Source: Myxococcota bacterium (GTDB taxonomy: Bacteria; Myxococcota_A; UBA9160; UBA6930). Taken from it: 30,829 bases of DNA. This document shows, piece after piece, positions 16,400 through 24,224 of the stretch. The first letter of the stretch is position 1. Each line of letters starts with the position of its first letter. The notes under the pieces are model-generated. The model was not told where the DNA came from. It made no database searches and saw nothing but the letters and a program-made list of their open reading frames with translations. A program made the position numbers and the translations under genes. The stretch is from assembly GCA_036257215.1 (NCBI GenBank), contig DATAGA010000195.1:1-30829 (forward strand), given 5' to 3'.

Positions 16400-18374
16400 C
16401 GCACGGGAGCGCGGCGCCCGCGGCGGTGCCCCGGCGGGCGAGCGCGTCGATGCCGAAGCGCGAGCCCGGACGCAAGGGCGGGTCGCCGAAGCGCTCCACC
16501 TCGTCGTAGCGGTCGCGCAGCCACGCGCCGAGCTGCCGGGCGTAGTCGCGCCCGAACCAGCGCAGCCCGTACTCGCTCGTGTCCTTGTGCACCAGGAAGA
16601 CGAGGTCCGGCGGGTGGGCCTGGAACGCCGAGAGGATGCGGGCCTCCTCGAAGAGGATGATCTCCGGCGGCATGAAGTTGAAGTACGGGGTCGGGTTGCG
16701 CGAGCGCGAGAGGTAGTTGAGCGTCACACCCTCGGGCAGCACCGCGAGCGTCGGCTTGTCGGCGCCCGGAGCGGCGCAGCCCTCGAGCCACGCGAGCGCC
16801 GCGTTCACCGTCGCGCCGCGCGCGTCGGCGAGGAAGCGGTCGCGCCCGTTGCCCATCTCGATCGTCTTGCCCGCGTGCATGCGCGCCGTCTGCACGAGCG
16901 CGATGCCGGCGAAGGCGGCGAGCGCCGTGGCCACCCCGGCGCGCGCCACGGCCGCGCTGCCGCCGCGCCGCGCCACCCCGGCGGGCCACGCGTCCCAAGC
17001 GAGCGCGGCGACGAGCGCCGTCGCGGGGAGGCCCAACGCGAAGCCGTAGTGGTAGAGCCGGGCGTTGAGGAGCATCTTGCCCGTCATCGCGAGGGCGAAC
17101 GCGGAGAAGGCGGCCGCGGCGATCCAGCGCGGCGCATCCGGTCCGCTCGAGGCGCGCCGCGCCGCGACGACGAACGCGACCCCCGCGAAGAGCGGCCACG
17201 CGCGCGGGGCCTGGAGCCAGCGCCCGTCGCCGTAGAGCGCAGCGCCGATGAGCCCCGTCCCCACCACCGCGGCGGCAATCCACCACGGGGACGCTCCAGC
17301 CGCGGAAGCCGCGGCGACGGCGCTGGAGCTTCGTGGACCCCGCACGAGGAGGGCGAGCGTGGCGGCTGGAGCCAGCGCAGCGATCGCCCAGAGCGCCCAG
17401 CGCAGCATCGACGCGACGTTCGCGAGCGGGCGGTCGAGGCCCATGCTCGTCAGGTAGAAGCGCTGCTGCGAGACGTCCGTCGCTGCGAGCTGCGGCCACG
17501 CCCCGAGCGTCGCGCTCCATGCGCCCGCCGCGCCGAGCGACTCGCGCAGGAGCAGCCACGACGCGCCGACGGGAACGAGCGCCCCGAGCGCCAGCGCCAC
17601 GCCGGCCGCGACCAGCCGGCGCGAGCGCAGCCCCGCGAGCCCGACCGCGACGAGGGCGCCCGCCGCGGCCGCGATGAACATCTCGGGCTTCGTCAGGAAC
17701 GCGAGCCCGACGAAGGCCCCGCTCGCGAACGCCCAGGCCGGCCGCCCCGCGACGGCGAAGCGGTGCGCCGCGGCGAGCGCCGCGAGCCCGAGCAGCACGC
17801 CGTGCGTCGCCTCGTGCGAGTAGGGCGTCGCGAAGTTGTAGTTGCCGATGAAGAGCAGCTGCGCGAAGCCGCAGACGCAGAGGACGACGAGGCAGGCGAG
17901 CGTCGCCGCGGTGGTCGACGCGAAGCTGCGCAGCTGCGCGTGGAGCAGCGCGAGGAGGAGCGCGAAGAGCGCGAGATCCACGGCGACGAGGGTCGAGATC
18001 CCGACGCCGAAGAGACGGAACACGAGCAGGTTCCAGCTCGGGCTCAGCGGCCCGTTGAACCAGGAGAGGTCGCCGAAGAGCCGCTCGCCCTCGAGCATCC
18101 GCCACGGCACGTAGAGCTCGCGGCCGTAGTCCACGACGACGTCGGGCCAGCGCCCCTCGGTCCAGGCGTAGAGCGCGGCGAAGGCGGCCGCGAGCACCGC
18201 GGCGTGCAGCCAGGCCGGCGGACCCTGCGCCGTGCAGACGGCCGCGGCCGCGCGCGCGCCCGCGTCCCGCGAAGCGGCTTCGGCCGGCACGCCCGCAGCG
18301 GCGCGGCGCCCGGCCGTGGGCTGCGCGCCGCTCGCAGCATCGCGACCGGGGGCGGGCGGCGCATCCGCGCTCAC
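16350..18374 (-). CDS. Putative GT-C glycosyltransferase, polytopic membrane protein, 674 aa
   Basis: GTGA overlap with the sulfatase stop; VVDYGRELYVPWRMLEGERLFGDLSWFNGP loop after TM1; many TM helices; soluble C-terminus (LPEGVTLNYL...NPTPY). This is the C-terminal part of track ORF 16350..19751. Confidence 0.75.
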   Translation of the reverse strand: MSADAPPAPGRDAASGAQPTAGRRAAAGVPAEAASRDAGARAAAAVCTAQGPPAWLHAAVLAAAFAALYAWTEGRWPDVVVDYGRELYVPWRMLEGERLFGDLSWFNGPLSPSWNLLVFRLFGVGISTLVAVDLALFALLLALLHAQLRSFASTTAATLACLVVLCVCGFAQLLFIGNYNFATPYSHEATHGVLLGLAALAAAHRFAVAGRPAWAFASGAFVGLAFLTKPEMFIAAAAGALVAVGLAGLRSRRLVAAGVALALGALVPVGASWLLLRESLGAAGAWSATLGAWPQLAATDVSQQRFYLTSMGLDRPLANVASMLRWALWAIAALAPAATLALLVRGPRSSSAVAAASAAGASPWWIAAAVVGTGLIGAALYGDGRWLQAPRAWPLFAGVAFVVAARRASSGPDAPRWIAAAAFSAFALAMTGKMLLNARLYHYGFALGLPATALVAALAWDAWPAGVARRGGSAAVARAGVATALAAFAGIALVQTARMHAGKTIEMGNGRDRFLADARGATVNAALAWLEGCAAPGADKPTLAVLPEGVTLNYLSRSRNPTPYFNFMPPEIILFEEARILSAFQAHPPDLVFLVHKDTSEYGLRWFGRDYARQLGAWLRDRYDEVERFGDPPLRPGSRFGIDALARRGTAAGAALPCVTRGSRGSGAPPSPPR

Positions 18375-19822
18375 TTGTCGCGGGCTCCGTCGAGGTAGCC
18401 GAGCTGCTCGAGCCGCCGGCGCGTCTCGTCGTCGACGGCCGTCTCGCGCGCGCCGCCGCCGAGCTCGCGCCGGCGCGCGAGCGCCGCCGCGCGCGCCCGA
18501 TCGAGCGACGCGAAGGCGGCGTCGACGCGCGCGTCGTCGCGGCGGCGCAGCGGCACGCGCTCGCCCGGATCGACCCGCAGGTCGTAGCCGACCTCCGCGG
18601 GGGGGCGCCCACGGCGCCCGCGCCGCGCGTAGGCCTTCAGCTCGCGCGTGCGCAGCGCCCGCTGGTCGCGGCCGTCGGCGTAGAGCTCGAGCAGCGCGTC
18701 CTGCGGCGCGAGCGGCTCGCCCCGAGCGAGCGGGAGGACGTCGCGGCCGTCGACGCCGGCCGGCGCAGGGACCCCGGCGGCGGCGAGCAGCGTCGGCGCG
18801 AGGTCCACGAGCCGCACCTGATCGGGCACCACGCGTCCCGCCGGAAGCCGCCCGGGCCAGTGCAGGACCAGCGGGACGCGCACGACCTCGTCGAAGAGCG
18901 TCTTCTGGTGGCCCTTGCGGCCGTGCTCGAAGAACTCCTCGCCGTGGTCGGCCGTGACGACGACCAGCGCGTCGCCGAGCAGCCCGCGCGCGCGCAGGTC
19001 GTCGAGCAGCCGGCCGAGCACGTCGTCGGTGAAGCGGATCTCGCCGTCGTACAGCGCGACCAGGTGCTCGAGGTCGCGGCGGTCCATGCGGCGGTTCACC
19101 GCCAGGTTCCCCATGAAGTCGACGCCGGTCAGCGTTCCGCGGTAGTCCGGGTCGAACAGGCGGTCGTACGGCGGCGGCGGGATGAAGTCGTAGTGCACGT
19201 CCCAGAGGTGGACGAAGAGGAAGAACGGCCGCTCGCGCGGCTGGCGCTCGGCCCAACGCGCCACGCGCTCGAGCGTTCGGGGCCCGGTGACGTCGCCGTG
19301 CGAGCGCGCGCGCGGCGCGCGCGACTCCGCGCGCAGCTCGGCGTCCGAGAGCTCGCCCGGCACCGCCGTCATGCAGCTCTCCCACACCTCGAAGCCGTCC
19401 GAGAGGCCGAACGTCGGATGGAGGTAGGGGCCGCCGTAGAAGCCCGCGGTGTGGTAGCCCGCGCGGGCGAGCGTCTCCGCGAGCGTCGTGAGCTCGGGCG
19501 CGAGCCGGAGCCCGTTGTCCACGAGCCCATGCGTCGAGTCGTAGAGCCCGGTGAAGAGCGCGGCGTGCGCCGGGAGGGTCCACGAGGTCGTGCTCACCGC
19601 GGACTCGAAGCGCGCGCCCTCGCGCGCGAGCCGGTCGAAGGTCGGGCTCGTCTCGCGCGGGTAGCCGTACGCGTGGAGGTGGTCGGCGCGCAAGCTGTCG
19701 ACGGAGACGAGCACCAGGTTCGGCGGGCGCGCCCGGGCCGGCTCGCGGCACGCGAGCGGCGCGGCCGCGGCGAGAGCGGCGGCGGCCAGGCCCCAGAATG
19801 CGCGCCGACCCGTGCGCCGCAT
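18371..19822 (-). CDS. Sulfatase-fold lipoprotein, 483 aa, with Thr at the formylglycine position and a possible Tat signal
   Basis: MRRTGRRAFW...PLAC leader, VDSLRAD, TSWTLPAHAALFTG, HLWDVHYD, TADHGEEF, LEQLGYLD; TAGGAG upstream. Confidence 0.88.
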   Translation of the reverse strand: MRRTGRRAFWGLAAAALAAAAPLACREPARARPPNLVLVSVDSLRADHLHAYGYPRETSPTFDRLAREGARFESAVSTTSWTLPAHAALFTGLYDSTHGLVDNGLRLAPELTTLAETLARAGYHTAGFYGGPYLHPTFGLSDGFEVWESCMTAVPGELSDAELRAESRAPRARSHGDVTGPRTLERVARWAERQPRERPFFLFVHLWDVHYDFIPPPPYDRLFDPDYRGTLTGVDFMGNLAVNRRMDRRDLEHLVALYDGEIRFTDDVLGRLLDDLRARGLLGDALVVVTADHGEEFFEHGRKGHQKTLFDEVVRVPLVLHWPGRLPAGRVVPDQVRLVDLAPTLLAAAGVPAPAGVDGRDVLPLARGEPLAPQDALLELYADGRDQRALRTRELKAYARRGRRGRPPAEVGYDLRVDPGERVPLRRRDDARVDAAFASLDRARAAALARRRELGGGARETAVDDETRRRLEQLGYLDGARDK

Positions 19823-19836
19823 CGAAGCTCGCGCTC

Positions 19837-20703
19837 CTAGCGCCCGGCCGCGTCCGCGGGACGGACGTTGAGTCCCGCGACCTTCACGCCGAGCGGACCG
19901 CGCGGCACGCCGACGCGCACGCGCTGGCCGGCGCGCTCGACCTCGAGCTCGACGCGCTCGTTGAGCCGGCCGCCCCGGGTCGATCCGACGAGCTCCTCGG
20001 GGTGGAAGAGGCGCGCGCCGTCGTAGGCGTAGACGACGTCGCCCGGCTCGAGGCCCGCCGCCTCGGCGGCCGAGCGCCCGAGCACGCTCTGCACGACGAC
20101 GCGGTTCGGGCGGCCGGTCGAGTAGAGGAGCCAGTCCCAGGTGGGGTCGCCGCGCTCGCGGCGCACCGCGGAGAGCCGCTCGTCGAGCACGGCGAGCTCG
20201 CCCGCGAGGCGCTCCTCCGGCCAGCGCTCGCGCTTGGCGCGGTCGCGGACGTCGAGGCGCTCGAGCTCCGTCGCCTCGAACAGCTCGCGCAGCTCCGCTC
20301 CGTCGCGCTCCGTCAGCCCGGACGCGGCGAAGCGCGCCGGGTCGAACGCGGGCTCGGACGCGGGCAGCTCGCTTCCCGGGAGGAGCGCCGCGGCGTCCGG
20401 CCCCTCGCGCCCCGTCGCGGGAGACGCGTCGACTCCCGTCGCGGCGTCCGCCCCGCCGGAGTCCTCCACCGCGACGGGCGGGTCGGCGCCGCGCGAGCGC
20501 GCGCGCAGCGCCGCCACCTCCCGTTCGCGCAGCGCGACCTCGCGCTGGAGACGCGCGAGCTCCGTACGCCCGTCGTCGAGCTGGGCGCGAAGGTCCGCCA
20601 GCTCCTGCACGGGATCCGGCGACGCGAGCGAGTCCCGCGCGCGCTCGCACGCCGGCAGCAGCGCGGCGAGCGCCAAGAGCGCGAGCCAGCGCGCGCGCGG
20701 CAC
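19837..20703 (-). CDS. Lipoprotein with a coiled coil and C-terminal PDZ domain, 288 aa
   Basis: Lipobox LPAC; heptad segment ELADLRAQLDDGRTELARLQREVALREREVAAL; PDZ signature VVVQSVLGRSAAEAAGLEPGDVVYAYDG...VELEVER. Confidence 0.8.
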   Translation of the reverse strand: MPRARWLALLALAALLPACERARDSLASPDPVQELADLRAQLDDGRTELARLQREVALREREVAALRARSRGADPPVAVEDSGGADAATGVDASPATGREGPDAAALLPGSELPASEPAFDPARFAASGLTERDGAELRELFEATELERLDVRDRAKRERWPEERLAGELAVLDERLSAVRRERGDPTWDWLLYSTGRPNRVVVQSVLGRSAAEAAGLEPGDVVYAYDGARLFHPEELVGSTRGGRLNERVELEVERAGQRVRVGVPRGPLGVKVAGLNVRPADAAGR

Positions 20704-20707
20704 CGCT

Positions 20708-21904
20708 TCAGCGCCCCGCGCCGGCGGGCCAGCGGGACGCGAGCGCCGGCGCCGCCAGCAGGTAGTCGTACAGCTGGCGCGCCACCCAGTCGTTGCCGAG
20801 CGGCGTCAGGTGTCCGACCGCGGCGCGATACGGCAGCGCGCCCGGCTTGATGAAGAGCGGCTCCACCGACGCTCGCGACATCCGCCGCAACCCCTCTACG
20901 AGGTCGAGGTAGGCGATCCCGCGGGCGGCCGCCTCGCGGGCCGCGAACGCGCGCCAGGCGTCCGAGTCCTTGCCCCGGTAGTCCGGCGGCGTCGGCAGCG
21001 CGAGCAGCACGAGCTGGCTGCCCTTGGCGCGGTTGGCGGCCTCGAGCTCGTCGAGCACGCGGCCCACGAGCTCCAGCGTGACGGGGTCCTGCGCGGGCGC
21101 CGCCGGCCGCACGGGAGGCCGCGCTCCGTCGCCGCGGCCGGTCAGCCGCCCGAGCAGCTCGCGCGCGCGCAGCCCGCCCGTCGCGTGCGCGAGGCGCTCG
21201 CCGAGCCCCGCGTAGAAGCGGCGCTGCGGCACGGGCGTGTTCTCGACCGCGAGCGCCCCGTTCCGCACGGCGAGGACGGGCTTTCCGTAGCCGAGGAAGC
21301 TCGTCTCCTGCATCCGCCGGAAGTCGTCGAGGATGAAGGCGAACACGTGCACGTCGTGGGCGAGCGGCGCGCCGTCGCGCCGATACCACAGGTACGCCTG
21401 GTCGATGCCGTAGCCGGCCTGTCCCATGTTGACGCTCTCGAGGCGCGCATCGAGCGCCTCGAGCCGCGCGCACCAGGTCTGGTCGTTCGCGACGCCGTAG
21501 CCCAGGGTGAACGAGTCGCCCGAGCACACGACGCGCAGGCGCCCCGGCGGCACCTCGGGCGCGTACTCGTGGTCGGCGCGGAAGCCCTGGCGGTTCGTCT
21601 CGAGCCAACCCCCCGGGCCGTACAGGTCGTCCACGCGGATCGCGGGAACGTGGGACCAGCCGAGCTCGGGGTCGTAGCGCGTGTGCTGCAGCCGGGCGAG
21701 CGGCCGCTCGCCGCTGCCGGCCGCGTCGAGGACGAGGAGCGCGAGGCTGCTTCCGCCCTCGAGGAGGAGGAACGCGGCAACGGGGACGAGCACCGCTGCG
21801 AGCGCCGCGGCGGCGACCCGCGGTCTCCGCGTCCTGCGAGCGCCCCGCAAGGCGCGCGCTTCGGTGTCGGAGTCGGGCGTCGAGCGCGGCGGTTCGGCAG
21901 CCAA
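20708..21904 (-). CDS. Membrane-anchored SGNH/GDSL-fold protein, candidate O-acyltransferase or esterase (398 aa; start uncertain)
   Basis: Single N-terminal TM helix, TNRQGFR, block I CSGDSFTLG, block II NMGQAGYG, terminal GHLTPLGN. TTG 21904 is preceded by TATCCT at 7 nt. Confidence 0.8.
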   Translation of the reverse strand: MAAEPPRSTPDSDTEARALRGARRTRRPRVAAAALAAVLVPVAAFLLLEGGSSLALLVLDAAGSGERPLARLQHTRYDPELGWSHVPAIRVDDLYGPGGWLETNRQGFRADHEYAPEVPPGRLRVVCSGDSFTLGYGVANDQTWCARLEALDARLESVNMGQAGYGIDQAYLWYRRDGAPLAHDVHVFAFILDDFRRMQETSFLGYGKPVLAVRNGALAVENTPVPQRRFYAGLGERLAHATGGLRARELLGRLTGRGDGARPPVRPAAPAQDPVTLELVGRVLDELEAANRAKGSQLVLLALPTPPDYRGKDSDAWRAFAAREAAARGIAYLDLVEGLRRMSRASVEPLFIKPGALPYRAAVGHLTPLGNDWVARQLYDYLLAAPALASRWPAGAGR

Positions 21905-21911
21905 GCGCGAC

Positions 21912-21917
21912 AGGATA
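21912..21917 (-). promoter_or_regulatory. Candidate -10 box TATCCT, 7 nt before TTG 21904
   Basis: TANNNT hexamer in the only sizeable gap (127 nt) of the minus-strand run. Confidence 0.4.
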
Positions 21918-22031
21918 GAGCGGGCGTCGGGGCGCTGCCGGGCGCCCGGTCTGGACCGCGGGCGCAGCCCGCGGACCCGGCGCTCCGGATCCGGCGAGGC
22001 GTCGTTCGCGACGGAGTCGCAGGTCGCGCTC

Positions 22032-24224
22032 TCAGGGCCACGGCGCGAGGGCGCCGGGGCGGCCGCCGAGCGACGCGCTCCCGTAGTGCCCGAGGAGCGC
22101 GACGGTCTCCGCGTGGGTGAGCAGCGGGAAGCCGAGGAGGAGCCTCTCGAGCCGCTCCTGCGGCAGCCCCGCCGCGGCGCGCCGGGAGATCGCAGCGATC
22201 CGCGCCGCGCGCGCAACGGACGGAGCCGTGCGCTGGAGCGCGGCGGCCTCGTCGCGCGCCTCCTCGACGCGACCCGTCCGCAGCAGCGCGTAGACGAGGC
22301 TGCGGCGAGCGGGGGCGGAGTCCCCTCCCAGCGCCAGCGCGCCGCGCGACGCGTCGATCGCCGCGTTCCACGCACCGGCGACCGCGTACGCCTGCGCCAA
22401 CGTCTCGGCGGCCGCGAGCGCGGCCGCGCCGTCGCCGCGCGACGCAGCCTCGCGCAGCGCGGCCTCGTCGAGCGGGAGGAGCCGCCATGCGCGCGCGAAG
22501 GCGGGCGCCTCGCGCATGACCCGCTCGGGCTCGAAGCCGACCTCGGGGTCGAACGGGACGCCGCGCTCCCGGTAGAACGCGGCCGCCCGCTCGAGGTTGG
22601 CCCGCCCGGCCGCGCGCCGGACGTAGATCGCTTGATCCACCGCGCGGAAGACGGGCACCCAGTCCGGGTCGCCCGCGAGGTGGTCGGCGGTGTACACGCC
22701 GAGCCCGATGCCCGCGCCGACGGGCACCGTGCCGACGCCGAAGAAGACGTCCACGCCGCGCCGGTCGAGCACGTCGCGGTGGCTGGTTTCGCCGCGGCGC
22801 GCGCCGACGCGGCCCGAGACCGCCTGCGCGTCTTCGAGGACGTCCGGCGCGTAGTGCTCGGTGCGCCCGTCGACGAACGTGCGCAAGCGCGGCGCGAGCC
22901 ACCAGCCCAGGTAGCCGCCCATCCAGTAGTGGTTGAACAGCCGGCCCTCGAGCCCGGCGTCCGACAGGAAACGGACGCCCTCCGCATGGTACTTGCGCGC
23001 GACGTGAGGGCGGGCGAGGTACTCCCGCGGCGCTTGCGGCAGGAGCCCGGTCCAGCGCTGGACGCCCCCCGCCGCGTGGAACGCGAGCGCGAGCGCGACG
23101 CTCGCCACCGCGCAGGCGGCGTCCCAGGCGCCGCTGCGGTCCGGCGCGGCGCGGGGGAGCGCGCGCAGCCCGTAGAGGAGCGGCAGGAAGGCGAGCCAGC
23201 GGAAGCGGATCGAGACGAGGATTGCCGCGAACGCCGCGAGGCCGAGCCCGAAGCCCTGTGCGTCGAACGCCGCGAGGTGGGCCGCGTCGCGTCGGCGCCA
23301 GCCGCGGGCGAGCGCTCCGCCTGCGAGGCCGACGAAGGCGAGCGCGAGCGCGTCCGTCAGCGCCCAGGCGACGGGGTTCTCGGCGTAGCCCCCCGCGCGC
23401 CACGAGAGGGGGTCGAAGTGGATCCACTCGTCGCGCACCTGCCACACGGCGGTGTCGCGCGAGGAGTGCAGGAAGGTGAGGTGCTGCGCGGGACCGCGCG
23501 GGTTCGCGAGGGCGGCCAGCGCCCCGAGCGCGAGCGCTGCCGCGAGGCGCCGCGCGCGCAAGCGGCGGGCCGCGCGCCCGGGATCCGTCGCGACGGCGCG
23601 CGCGAGCGCGGCTTCGACGCCCAGGCCGAGCAGCGCGGCGACGACGAGCGCGAGTCCGACCATGACGAGCGAGTGCACGTTGGCCCAGAGCGCGCAGAGC
23701 GCCGCGAAGGCCGCGACGCGTCGCCAGGACGGGGGCGCGGCCGGAGCGAAGAGCAGCGCGTACGTCGCGAGCGCCGCGGCGATGCTCGCGAGGTCCGGGC
23801 GCAGCTGGCCGAGGCGCCACCACGAGAGCGCGAGCCACACCGACGTCGCGAAGAGCGCGGCGGCGGCCGACGGTGCGGCGCGGCGCAGGGTCGCGTAGGC
23901 CGCTGCCGCGAGGCCCAGCACGGCGAGCGCGTGGAGCGCGCGCAGTCCGTGCAGCCCGAACGCGCGCTCCACCGCGTAGACCGCGACGCCGAACGCCCAC
24001 TCGTGCTGCACCGGCGCGTCGGCGTGCGCGGTGTGAAGGAGAGGGTCTCGGGCCGGCCAGGGGCCCTCGCTCGCGTAGGAGCGGCCGGCGCCGAGGTGGA
24101 ACCAGAGGTCGTCGGTCGCGATGGGGCCCGCCGCGACGAGGAGGAGCGGGAGCAGGACGGCCGCCAGACCGGCGAGGGCGACCGGCGTCGCCGCGCGGCG
24201 AGGGCCCGAGAGCGAAGTGCTCAA
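22032..24224 (-). CDS. Putative GT-C glycosyltransferase with C-terminal TPR-like helices, 730 aa
   Basis: TTGA overlap with the upstream stop; ATDDLWFHLGAGR and HEWAFG loop motifs; many TM helices; GRLFNHYWMGGYLGW...FVDGR; TPR-like LAQAYAVAGAWNAAIDASRGAL...RSLVYALLRTGRVEEA. Confidence 0.75.
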   Translation of the reverse strand: MSTSLSGPRRAATPVALAGLAAVLLPLLLVAAGPIATDDLWFHLGAGRSYASEGPWPARDPLLHTAHADAPVQHEWAFGVAVYAVERAFGLHGLRALHALAVLGLAAAAYATLRRAAPSAAAALFATSVWLALSWWRLGQLRPDLASIAAALATYALLFAPAAPPSWRRVAAFAALCALWANVHSLVMVGLALVVAALLGLGVEAALARAVATDPGRAARRLRARRLAAALALGALAALANPRGPAQHLTFLHSSRDTAVWQVRDEWIHFDPLSWRAGGYAENPVAWALTDALALAFVGLAGGALARGWRRRDAAHLAAFDAQGFGLGLAAFAAILVSIRFRWLAFLPLLYGLRALPRAAPDRSGAWDAACAVASVALALAFHAAGGVQRWTGLLPQAPREYLARPHVARKYHAEGVRFLSDAGLEGRLFNHYWMGGYLGWWLAPRLRTFVDGRTEHYAPDVLEDAQAVSGRVGARRGETSHRDVLDRRGVDVFFGVGTVPVGAGIGLGVYTADHLAGDPDWVPVFRAVDQAIYVRRAAGRANLERAAAFYRERGVPFDPEVGFEPERVMREAPAFARAWRLLPLDEAALREAASRGDGAAALAAAETLAQAYAVAGAWNAAIDASRGALALGGDSAPARRSLVYALLRTGRVEEARDEAAALQRTAPSVARAARIAAISRRAAAGLPQERLERLLLGFPLLTHAETVALLGHYGSASLGGRPGALAPWP

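Noticed and set aside
1027-22987. Apparent giant fusion ORFs (1027..4086, 5690..10144, 16350..19751, 18371..20650, 20708..22987, 22032..25268)
   Set aside because: Only the C-terminal part of each is protein-like. Real starts lie at stop/start overlaps or internal starts, and the N-terminal parts are shadows of neighbouring genes.
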